From: Xenococcaceae cyanobacterium MO_167.B27
GTDB taxonomy: Bacteria; Cyanobacteriota; Cyanobacteriia; Cyanobacteriales; Xenococcaceae
Reading direction: 5' to 3'
Length of the DNA stretch: 64,000 nt
NCBI GenBank assembly: GCA_030065935.1
Contig: JASJCP010000029.1
Span: forward strand, 1,798-65,797
Shown here: positions 8,607 through 16,889 of the stretch, piece by piece
How positions within the stretch are numbered: the stretch's first letter is position 1
Layout: every line of letters begins with the position of its first letter
The notes under the pieces: generated by a model
Told to the model about the DNA's origin: nothing
Database searches by the model: none
What the model saw: the letters and a program-made list of their open reading frames with translations, nothing else
Made by a program: the position numbers and the translations under genes

Positions 8607-10562
8607 ATGAAAAGTAATTTTAATTTTTTAAAATCAACCTTTTTTTTACTTTTACAACCTAGTCCCAATACTAGTTTACATCGACGCAAAAATATCTTTT
8701 TTAAGACAGTTATCTTTCTCCTAGTTACATCTATGACTTTAGCCCCTGGATTTTTAGCCAGAGCAGCTATGATTATAGGTTTAATTGAAAGTTACGACCC
8801 CCAGACTAAACAAGCCACAATTAACTTAGGTAAAAAAGATGGTTTAGGTAAATATGACCGCGGGAAAATTGAGTTTACTAGTCTTGACGATCCCAATGTT
8901 AGGTTCATTGGTGCTAATATCGTCGTTTTAAGTGTTAAAGAAAACTCCGCAGTTGTTAGTGTAAGAGAAGCCCCTGGAATTCCAATTCCAGTTAAAGCTG
9001 GAGCGAGGGTAACATTAAATACAGAATCAGGTTTGGCTAGAAGAGAAGAAGAAGCTAGGCTCATAGCGATGGAGCAAGCCAAAAAAGCTCGCGAGCAGCA
9101 ACAACTTGAACAAGCTCGTCAACGTCGAGCGCAAGAACAAGCCCGTCAACGCCGAGCCGAAGAACAAGCCCGTCAACGCCGAGCCGAAGAACAAGCTCGT
9201 CAACGCCGAGCCGAAGAACAAGCTCGTCAACGCCGAGCCGAAGAACAAGCCCGTGCTGCCCAAACTCAACCGCAGATAGAAACCAAACAACCAAATAATC
9301 CCACTCAGAGTCAACCAAAAGCTTTTGATCTAGAAGAAGCGAGAAACTATTGGAAAACAGCATCTCAAGCAGATATTGAAGTTGGGGGACCTGCTTCTGA
9401 TTTACCCTCAGATTATCTCCAAGCTTATATAGAGGCTAGAACTGAGCCTTCTCCAGAAACTTACTATCAATTTGCTCAAATTTTAATTGATTATCAGATA
9501 ACAGACAAAGCATTAATGTGGCTCACAGAAGCTGAACGGCGTTTTCCTCTCACTAAATCTGTCAATAATTATTACGAAGCACTTGCTCTTACAGAAAATA
9601 ATTATTCTCCACAAAGTCTTAATCTTCTCCAAAGATCTGGTCTATCTGATAATCAATTATTAGAAGAAACTAAAAGCTATATCTTGACGCAAAATGGGAA
9701 TTGGCAAGAAGTAATTGAATTATCAGAAAAAAGACAGTCAGCAGTTATGTCGAATAACTATCTAATTGCTCTATATTGTGAACAGCCACAACAACTCAAT
9801 CCTAATACCTCTCTAGTTCTCACTGGCTGTCCTTCTGATTATAAAGAAGCTTCCCAAAAATCAAATTCCGAAGAATATTTAACCAACTTAAAAGCAGCAG
9901 CCAGAGAAGCCAAGGCTAAATATCCCAATGATCCTTACATTATTAACACTATTGGGTTTTTGGCACTTAAAACTGAAAATTATGATCTGGCTTATAAAAA
10001 CTATCAGAAACTTGCCAAACTAGTTGATAGCTATACTTCTACCCCACCTCACTTACAAATGCTTAAAGCTAATGCTATAAACTATATCAATAACTACAAC
10101 CAAAACTACGAATTTTTGGCGAGCAGAAGCGAAAATTTAGATATACTACGTTCTGAACAAAACTCTCTCACTAAATTAATAGCTTTTCAAGGTATTAGAG
10201 ATGTTGCCAGAAGAATTGATTACGATGCAAGTACTCAGAGTATTGTTGGAGGGGTGTTAGCAACCTTACTGCGTGTTAACCAATCCAGAATGCAGGCTAG
10301 ACGTATTGCTAATGAAAGAAAAGCATTACGCAGACAAATTCAGAGTACTTTCACAAAAGATATCAATCTAGTATCAGCACGTCCTGATTTAGAACCCAAA
10401 TCACTTTTAGAATCATCCTCCAATAATATTCAAAAACAGATGCTTTTGTACGATAGTTTCTGGAATTGTCAATGTCCTTCCTCTCCAAACTCAGATACCC
10501 TGAGTGAAAAAGGTGTAACTATTGTTGATGATAGCTGTAGTCGCTCCTGTAGAAACAGATAA
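8607..10562 (+). CDS. Large secreted or membrane-anchored protein with a charged coiled-coil repeat (EEQARQRRA x5) and a helical, TPR-like C-terminal region
   Basis: 651-aa ORF with an N-terminal hydrophobic segment and a perfect nonapeptide repeat. It is divergently oriented to the kinase operon. Confidence 0.75.
   Translation: MKSNFNFLKSTFFLLLQPSPNTSLHRRKNIFFKTVIFLLVTSMTLAPGFLARAAMIIGLIESYDPQTKQATINLGKKDGLGKYDRGKIEFTSLDDPNVRFIGANIVVLSVKENSAVVSVREAPGIPIPVKAGARVTLNTESGLARREEEARLIAMEQAKKAREQQQLEQARQRRAQEQARQRRAEEQARQRRAEEQARQRRAEEQARQRRAEEQARAAQTQPQIETKQPNNPTQSQPKAFDLEEARNYWKTASQADIEVGGPASDLPSDYLQAYIEARTEPSPETYYQFAQILIDYQITDKALMWLTEAERRFPLTKSVNNYYEALALTENNYSPQSLNLLQRSGLSDNQLLEETKSYILTQNGNWQEVIELSEKRQSAVMSNNYLIALYCEQPQQLNPNTSLVLTGCPSDYKEASQKSNSEEYLTNLKAAAREAKAKYPNDPYIINTIGFLALKTENYDLAYKNYQKLAKLVDSYTSTPPHLQMLKANAINYINNYNQNYEFLASRSENLDILRSEQNSLTKLIAFQGIRDVARRIDYDASTQSIVGGVLATLLRVNQSRMQARRIANERKALRRQIQSTFTKDINLVSARPDLEPKSLLESSSNNIQKQMLLYDSFWNCQCPSSPNSDTLSEKGVTIVDDSCSRSCRNR
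9108..9254 (+). repeat. 27-nt in-frame tandem repeat, about 5.4 copies, encoding EEQARQRRA
   Basis: The unit gaacaagc[ct]cgtcaacg[ct]cgagc..aa is repeated head to tail. It also produces the spurious antisense ORFs at 9027-9363. Confidence 0.9.
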
Positions 10563-10799
10563 TAGGCGAGTTAAGATAAGTAGGTGTGTGTGCAGAATAG
10601 ACCATTGCCCGAAACTCGTGACCAGCGAAGCTGTTGCCTTCGGCACCGCGTTCCTAATTTTGACTTTTTAAAAGCTCATAACGGGACTTAAACAAAAATT
10701 ATGCCCAAACAAAGCCTAAACTTGCTTTATAAGCTGTGAATACATACCTATTTTTGTTTAACCAATTTACAAAACGGAAAGACATAGCTGTACGAAAAG

Positions 10800-11454
10800 C
10801 AGGGTAAACGCATCTTAATTTATTTGACAAATAATTGATTTTCTGCCTTAAAATTATTGGTAATAAAAGAGGGTTTTTGAACTCAATAATGTCATAATTC
10901 TACTTTTATCTTCTGAAAAAGTTACGTCTAAACAGATCCTATTTTTTTAGTTATCGAATTAATCCAACTTGAAAAAGATGACGCGAATTCCTCTGGAAAA
11001 ACAGCGAGCAAAAACTCGGCTTATCGTATCATGAGAAGGAATCCCATTTGGTAATTCGCGCAAATTGTTCTAACCACTCTTGTTTAGCTTTTCCATAGGT
11101 CTCGATCAGCGAAGCTGGCACTGCGTGATCGCTGTCGGACCATCTGCTCCACTAATAACTGCCAATATGGCGGTGCCGAAGGCAACCAGCTTCGCGCTTG
11201 TCGCTATAATATCTATTAATAAATGATATGCACGTTCTATCTATTCTCGGATCTTTCAAAGAATGAAAATGATTCAGAAAACTATTTTTGAAAAAATTAA
11301 TACTATTAGAGTATAAAGATTGCTCTTTTTTCTTATTTAAAGAAGTAGCCTCAAGTCTTCTCGCCATTAATTATAGCAGTAAGCAATTGTCATGGATTTA
11401 GATAATCTTTAATCATACCATATTTCCTGCCAAAATTAAGATGCGTTTACCCTG
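10800..11454 (-). mobile_element. Internally deleted ISAs1-family insertion sequence remnant bounded by inverted repeats
   Basis: A 21-nt perfect inverted repeat: cagggtaaacgcatcttaatt at 10800-10820 and aattaagatgcgtttaccctg at 11434-11454. The interior encodes only N-terminal ISAs1-like transposase motifs. Confidence 0.6.
10960..11367 (-). pseudogene. ISAs1-family transposase pseudogene (N-terminal ~130 aa only; frameshifted, with short insertions)
   Basis: Frame 1 reads FLNHFHSLKDPRIDRT. A second frame reads HLLIDII..AILAVISGADG..., and then LPNGIPSHDTISRVFA (about 10985-11058). These motifs are typical of ISAs1 N-termini. Stops and frame changes lie between them, and the DDE domain is missing. 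Confidence 0.6.
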
Positions 11455-11523
11455 ATTTGCTGTATAGATAAAATGTAATAGAAATAGGGATAATTAATCA
11501 ATTACCCCTAATATTTTGATTTT

Positions 11524-12903
11524 TTACTTAGCTACAGCAGGTAAATAACTGTCTATTACCTGACGATATTCACTCTTTTGTTTAATGCCTTTCATCTCCT
11601 TAACTAATTCTTTATCGTGGAAAAATTGAATAGTAGGAGTACCGACAACTTGTCCCATTTTGGCAATTTCTGGGTCTTCCACAATGTCTATTTCGACAAA
11701 GTGAATTTTCCCTTCGTATTCTGCTACTACCTTATCTAACATTGGTTTTAGGGTTTTACAAGGACCACAGGTAGGAGATACATATTTTACCATCAAAAGG
11801 CGATCGCTCTCATGGAAGAGTTTTCTTAGGGCATAACCACCGTAATGGCTGGTAGCATTAAGATCAAAAGTGGCTTCAGTTTCTTGAGGGGTTTTAGTTT
11901 CAGGAGTGGTTTCTTTCTCTGTTACAGGCTGTTGAGAGTATTCTATAATCAGATTGTGTTCTGATAAATGTCTCTCTGCTGATAGTGCAGCCATACAACC
12001 AGTACCAGCAGCAGTAATAGCTTGACGGTATTCATGATCCTGTACATCGCCAGCAGCATAAACCCCAGGAATAGAAGTTGCTACTGTACCTGGTTGGACT
12101 TTAATGTAACCTACTTCATCTAGTTCTAGCTGTCCTTTGAACAAATCTGTATTAGGATTGTGACCGATAGCGTAAAATAGTCCTTTAGCTGCAATTTCGG
12201 TTTCTGCTCTAGTCTGGTTATTGCGAACTTTTATACCAGTCATGCGTCCATTTTCCCCGAATATGTCTATTGCTTCGGTGTGCCAATGAACTGTAACTTT
12301 AGGATTAGCTAATACTCTATCTTGCATTGCTTTAGAAGCTCGCATTTCTCCTTTACGTACTAAAAGATGCACATGAGAGCCATATTTAGTAAGATACACT
12401 GCTTCTTCGGCTGCGGAGTCACCACCACCAATTACGATTAATTCTTCTCCTACAAAAATGGGACTTGCACCATCACATATCGCACAAGCAGATATACCAT
12501 TATTCCAATAAGTTTTTTCACTAGGAAGTCCAAGACGCTTTGCTGTAGCACCAGTGGCAATGATGATACTATTGGCTTTAAATTCTCTGTCTGTAGAACG
12601 CACTGTAAAAGGTCGTTGAGTTAAATTTACTTCTACCACATCTTCTGTGTAACATTCTGTACCCCAACGCTCCGCCTGTAATTTCATTTGCTCCATTAGT
12701 TGAGGTCCTGTTATCCCTTCTGGAAAGCCAGGAAAGTTCTCTACTTCGGTGGTAGTCATTAGTTGTCCCCCAGGAATACCACCAGCTTGTAACCCTTCAA
12801 ACATCACAGGTTTCAAATTAGCTCTGGCTGCATAGATAGCAGCAGTAAAGCCAGCAGGTCCCGAACCAATAATTACAACATTTTCTACTTGAGGAGTGGT
12901 CAT
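11524..12903 (-). CDS. NADPH-dependent thioredoxin reductase C (NTRC; thioredoxin reductase fused to thioredoxin)
   Basis: 459 aa with IIGSGPAG (FAD), a CAICDG redox centre, [10 protein letters not shown] (NADPH) and a C-terminal thioredoxin module carrying CGPC. Confidence 0.9.
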   Translation of the reverse strand: MTTPQVENVVIIGSGPAGFTAAIYAARANLKPVMFEGLQAGGIPGGQLMTTTEVENFPGFPEGITGPQLMEQMKLQAERWGTECYTEDVVEVNLTQRPFTVRSTDREFKANSIIIATGATAKRLGLPSEKTYWNNGISACAICDGASPIFVGEELIVIGGGDSAAEEAVYLTKYGSHVHLLVRKGEMRASKAMQDRVLANPKVTVHWHTEAIDIFGENGRMTGIKVRNNQTRAETEIAAKGLFYAIGHNPNTDLFKGQLELDEVGYIKVQPGTVATSIPGVYAAGDVQDHEYRQAITAAGTGCMAALSAERHLSEHNLIIEYSQQPVTEKETTPETKTPQETEATFDLNATSHYGGYALRKLFHESDRLLMVKYVSPTCGPCKTLKPMLDKVVAEYEGKIHFVEIDIVEDPEIAKMGQVVGTPTIQFFHDKELVKEMKGIKQKSEYRQVIDSYLPAVAK

Positions 12904-13000
12904 TGCTTTCTAATTAAACTCATAACGACTTCGTTTTAATATGATAACTAAATTTCACTCAGAAAAGCAACTTTTTAGCTAGAGGAAAAGTCAAGAGGTC

Positions 13001-13170
13001 AGGATTAAAGAATGAAGGATTAAAGAAGGATGAAGTATCAAGGATGAACCATGAAGGAAGGATGAATTATGAAGGATGAAGGATGAAGCAGGAAAGATAA
13101 ATACCTCTGACCCCTGACCTATTCCCCAATCACCAATCACCAATCACCATTCCCCATTCCTCATCCCTTA
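13001..13170. repeat. Low-complexity GGATGAAG / CCTCATCC intergenic element, copy A of a dispersed family
   Basis: Iterated aaggatgaa units, then gataaatacctctgacc, caatcac repeats and a terminal cctcatccctta. Related copies lie at 19379-19474 and 37595-37878. Confidence 0.7.
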
Positions 13171-13559
13171 GATATAGATTCTGGATGAAAGATTCTGGAA
13201 ATATAAGCCGACTATAAGATTACATCTTGACCCAATGCTTACCCTATTAACAATCAGAGGTTTAATAAAGATTGAAAATGCTACAAGAAATTTGGCAGGA
13301 GATACTAAATTTAAAACAAGATAAAGAGTTTACTCGTAACTTAATTGTTGTGTTTATTATCACGATCGCATCTTCTCTAATTTTAGCGGAACAATACCGC
13401 CATCCTGCAAGACTAGCTCAACAACCAAGATTAACCCAATTTTATAACCTAGTATCTGTGGGAATGGTAATTAGGACTTATGACACTTTGCTGAATAAGG
13501 AATAAAGTTTTCATTAGTAATTGAAAAATTTTTGCGACTGCTCCTATTTATCATATTTT

Positions 13560-13990
13560 TTTGTAACCCCCCTTGCTCTCTGGTACAGGGAAAGGTTGTT
13601 GGCGACTATACATTTAGTAATATTTATTCAGGATAATACAAATAAATAAAATTCATATTCGAGTTTAGCTTCCTGAGAGAAAGTTATAATCGCTTTGTTC
13701 GGGCTATATAGAGCCACAGCAATTTGAAGGGAGTCATAAATCCCTAGAGAAGAGCAATCCCCACCAATGAATTGGGGGGCTTGTAAATCTTGTATATGAC
13801 CAGACTAAGCCAATATATTTGGCTACGTTAAACAGGCTATCTCACCCTTAAGTGCTTGCCAGCTTGAGGCTCTGAGGCTTTAAATTAAACATCTTTAGAG
13901 GGATTAAGGAAGTGTTTGAAGCACGACAAACCTTTTTAACTTTGTCGAGGCAAACTTTACACATTTATGTAGAAGAGACAAAACCATGTC
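13560..13990 (+). ncRNA. Candidate IscB omega-RNA (guide-scaffold RNA) in the non-coding leader upstream of iscB
   Basis: There is no credible ORF in the ~480 nt upstream of iscB. Perfect hairpins lie at 13759-13777, 13808-13824 and 13924-13947. In described IscB loci the omega-RNA lies immediately 5' of, and runs into, the ORF. The boundaries given here are guesses. Confidence 0.45.
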
Positions 13991-15464
13991 TAATTACGTA
14001 TTCGTTCTAGATACCAACAAGCAACCATTGTCGCCCTGTACACCAGGGATGGCTCGTAGTCTGCTCAAGGCAGGGAAGGCAGAGGTATTTAAGCGGTATC
14101 CGTTCACGATCATTTTAAAAAAAACCGTCAACTCATACCAACTTGCGTTCAGAAACGTAACTTTGAAGTTGGCTTTCCAATCTGCCGATTCCAAATTTAA
14201 TCCGCGTTTTGCTCGACTTAACACAAAGCACGAAAATTACACTTTAGATAGCAAGCTGGTATCAAAGGAGATTAAACCATGTCAATTAAAACTCGACCCA
14301 GGTTCAGTCACTACTGGTATAGCAATATTGCAAGATAATAAGCTTATCTGGGCTGCTGAATTAACCCATAGAGGGCAAAAAATTAAAGACGATTTAGAAT
14401 GTAGACGCTCTTTAAGAAGAGGTCGTAGAGGCAGAAAAACTAGATATAGAAAACCTAGGTTTCTGAATCGTAAGCGGTCTAAAGGATGGTTAGCACCGAG
14501 TTTAGAACATCGAGTTTTAACCATCATGACTTGGGTTAACCGATTAATTAAGCTTTGTCCGATTAATTCTATTGCCACAGAATTAGTCAGATTTGATACC
14601 CAAAAACTCAATAACCCAGAAATATCAGGAGTTGAGTATCAACAAGGAACTCTTTATCAGTACGAAGTTAGACAATATTTATTGGAGAAATTCAACAGAA
14701 CCTGTGCTTATTGTGGTGTTAAAGACGTTCCTTTGGAAGTTGAGCATATTAAGCCCAAATCCAAAGGTGGTAGTAACAGAGTTTCTAACCTAGCTATTGC
14801 CTGCGTTTCTTGCAACCAAGCTAAGTCAAATCTAAATATTAAAGAGTTTCTGTTTGGCAAACCATCAGTTTTGAAAAGAATTTTAGCTCAAGCTAAAGCC
14901 CCATTGAAAGATGCTGCTGCGGTTAATTCAACTCGATGGAAACTATTTAATACTCTTAAAGAGACTGGCTTACCTGTAACCACTGGAACAGGAGGAAAAA
15001 CTAAGTTTAACCGATCTGTGCAAAGTCTAAAAAAGCGTCACTATCTAGATGCTGCTTGTGTTGGAGACACCCCAAAACTTGAGATACTAACAACTCAACC
15101 ATTGCTAATCAAATGTGCTGGTCATGGAAAAAGACAAGTTATTCACGTCGATAAATTTGGTTTTCCTAAAAGAAATAAATCAGGAGAACTTGTGAAAAAA
15201 TCGGCTTTGATTAAATCAATCAAAGGTTTTAGAACTGGAGATATTGTGAAAGCAATAGTTCCCAAAGGTAAGAAAATTGACCGTGGGGGATGCTCTCGGT
15301 TAGAGAGCATATCCAACCACGGTGTTGGCTTTTATTTAGGTAAGGTTGCCATCCGTTCTACTGGTTCATTTAATATCAAAACTGTTACCAAAACGGTGCA
15401 GGGGATTAATTATAAATATTGCAGCATTGTTCATAGGAAAGATGGATACCTTTATGGCTTCTAA
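13986..15464 (+). CDS. iscB: IscB, an OMEGA-family RNA-guided nuclease (PLMP, split RuvC with inserted HNH, C-terminal target-interaction domain)
   Basis: 492 aa. PLMP-type N-terminus: MSNYVFVLDTNKQPLSPCTPGMARSLLKAGKAEVFKRYPFTIIL. RuvC-I: LKLDPGSVTTGIA (D104). Arginine-rich bridge helix: RRSLRRGRRGRKTRYRKPRF. RuvC-II: ATELVRFD (E199). HNH: CAYCG...EVEHIKPKSKGGSNRVSNLAIACVSCN. RuvC-III: HYLDAACVG (D355). Confidence 0.85.
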   Translation: MSNYVFVLDTNKQPLSPCTPGMARSLLKAGKAEVFKRYPFTIILKKTVNSYQLAFRNVTLKLAFQSADSKFNPRFARLNTKHENYTLDSKLVSKEIKPCQLKLDPGSVTTGIAILQDNKLIWAAELTHRGQKIKDDLECRRSLRRGRRGRKTRYRKPRFLNRKRSKGWLAPSLEHRVLTIMTWVNRLIKLCPINSIATELVRFDTQKLNNPEISGVEYQQGTLYQYEVRQYLLEKFNRTCAYCGVKDVPLEVEHIKPKSKGGSNRVSNLAIACVSCNQAKSNLNIKEFLFGKPSVLKRILAQAKAPLKDAAAVNSTRWKLFNTLKETGLPVTTGTGGKTKFNRSVQSLKKRHYLDAACVGDTPKLEILTTQPLLIKCAGHGKRQVIHVDKFGFPKRNKSGELVKKSALIKSIKGFRTGDIVKAIVPKGKKIDRGGCSRLESISNHGVGFYLGKVAIRSTGSFNIKTVTKTVQGINYKYCSIVHRKDGYLYGF

Positions 15465-15570
15465 AGTATTGAAGCCCTATCGGGCTGCTGTTTATGTAAG
15501 GGAAGTTCTCCTCCCCATACATGAATGCGATAAGGGGTATCCTTTCCTTCCCTTACCAACCCTATTTACG

Positions 15571-16860
15571 ATGAAACACCGTATCAGTAAGCTCTATAAT
15601 ACCTCTGCAAATAGACTAGTACAATTCAGTCGGCTATACGGTCGTCCTTCGTGGATTATTTTCCTCTTTATTTTCGCTCTTATAATAGTAATGGCTGGCT
15701 CTGGTTTGAGTTATCCTACTTCCGCTCAAACAAGCGATTGTAAGGCATCTCGGGAACTACGAGGAGTTTGGCTGACTAATATTGATAGTGAAGTTTTATT
15801 TTCTCCCGAAAATACGACTAATGGGATTGCAACCCTGGCAGAATTAAATTTTAATACACTTTACCCCACAGTATGGAATTGGGGTTATACACTTTATCCT
15901 TCGTCGGTAGCAGAGCAAGCCATAGGAACTGCTCTGGATCCTACACCAGGTTTACAAGGTAGAGATGTTTTACAAGAAATCATCCAACAGGGACATCAAC
16001 AGGGAATGACTGTAATTCCTTGGTTTGAGTTTGGCTTTATGGCACCTGCTGACTCTACACTAGCGGTTAAGCACCCTGAATGGTTAACCGCCAGACAAGA
16101 TGGTACTACTATTTGGTGGGAAGGAAAAGTACATCAAAGAGTATGGTTAAATCCCCTCCATCCAGAAGTTCAAAAATTAATCACTGATTTGGTGGTAGAA
16201 CTAGTTAGTAAATACGACATAGAGGGGATTCAATTTGATGACCACTTTGGTTATCCCTCTGAACTAGGGTACGATGACTATACGGTGGCACTGTATAAAC
16301 AAGAGCATCAGGGACAATCACCCCCAACAAATCATAAGGATAAAGATTGGGTACGTTGGCGAGCAGACAAAATTACTGCTTATATGGAAAATCTCTTCCG
16401 AGCTATTAAACAAGCCAATCCTCAAGCAATTGTCTCTTTATCTCCCAATCCTCAAAACTTTTCCCTCAATTCTTTTCTCCTCGACTGGAAAACTTGGGAA
16501 AGAAAAGGATTAATTGAAGAATTAGTATTGCAAGTATATCGTTCTCAGTATAATAGTTTTCTCCGAGAAATCACTCAGCCAGAAGTCATTGAAGCTAAAA
16601 ATCATATCCCCGTAAGTATTGGTGTCTTATCAGGTTTAAAAGGTCGTCCTGTGATGTTTGGGAGAATTCGTCAACAGGTCAACGGTCTTAGAGAAAAGGG
16701 TTTCGCGGGAGTCTCTTTTTTCTTCTATGAAAGTCTTTGGAATTTAGCAATTGAATCTCCTAAACAAAGAAAAACTGCTTGGAAGTCTTTATTTCCCGAT
16801 TCAGCTAAATATCCTCATATCTCTGATTGTCAAGACCCAACAACCCAGAAAAACAATTAA
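15571..16860 (+). CDS. GHL10 / DUF187-type glycoside-hydrolase-like protein (YngK/YddW family), secreted
   Basis: The listed ORF starts at 15346, inside iscB. I prefer the ATG at 15571 (MKHRISKL...), which is followed by a TM/signal segment. RGVWLTNIDS...LNFNTLYPTVWNWGYTLYPS and IQFDDHFGYP resemble the family. Confidence 0.7.
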   Translation: MKHRISKLYNTSANRLVQFSRLYGRPSWIIFLFIFALIIVMAGSGLSYPTSAQTSDCKASRELRGVWLTNIDSEVLFSPENTTNGIATLAELNFNTLYPTVWNWGYTLYPSSVAEQAIGTALDPTPGLQGRDVLQEIIQQGHQQGMTVIPWFEFGFMAPADSTLAVKHPEWLTARQDGTTIWWEGKVHQRVWLNPLHPEVQKLITDLVVELVSKYDIEGIQFDDHFGYPSELGYDDYTVALYKQEHQGQSPPTNHKDKDWVRWRADKITAYMENLFRAIKQANPQAIVSLSPNPQNFSLNSFLLDWKTWERKGLIEELVLQVYRSQYNSFLREITQPEVIEAKNHIPVSIGVLSGLKGRPVMFGRIRQQVNGLREKGFAGVSFFFYESLWNLAIESPKQRKTAWKSLFPDSAKYPHISDCQDPTTQKNN

Positions 16861-16889
16861 TTCTCCTCCTCTATCTGATAAACCACATC

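Noticed and set aside
9027-9363. Antisense ORFs 9027-9314 and 9061-9363
   Set aside because: They are generated by the 27-nt tandem repeat read on the opposite strand and give repetitive LFFGSALT / LVLRLGVD peptides. This is an artefact of repeat periodicity.
13272-13505. 77-aa ORF upstream of the iscB leader
   Set aside because: No ribosome-binding site or motif is evident. It contains one hydrophobic stretch, so it is possibly real, but I cannot support it. It is not needed to explain the locus.
15346-15570. N-terminal extension of the GHL10-like ORF overlapping the iscB 3' end
   Set aside because: The extension overlaps iscB by 119 nt in another frame and has no signal-peptide logic. The Met at 15571 is followed by a typical anchor or signal segment.
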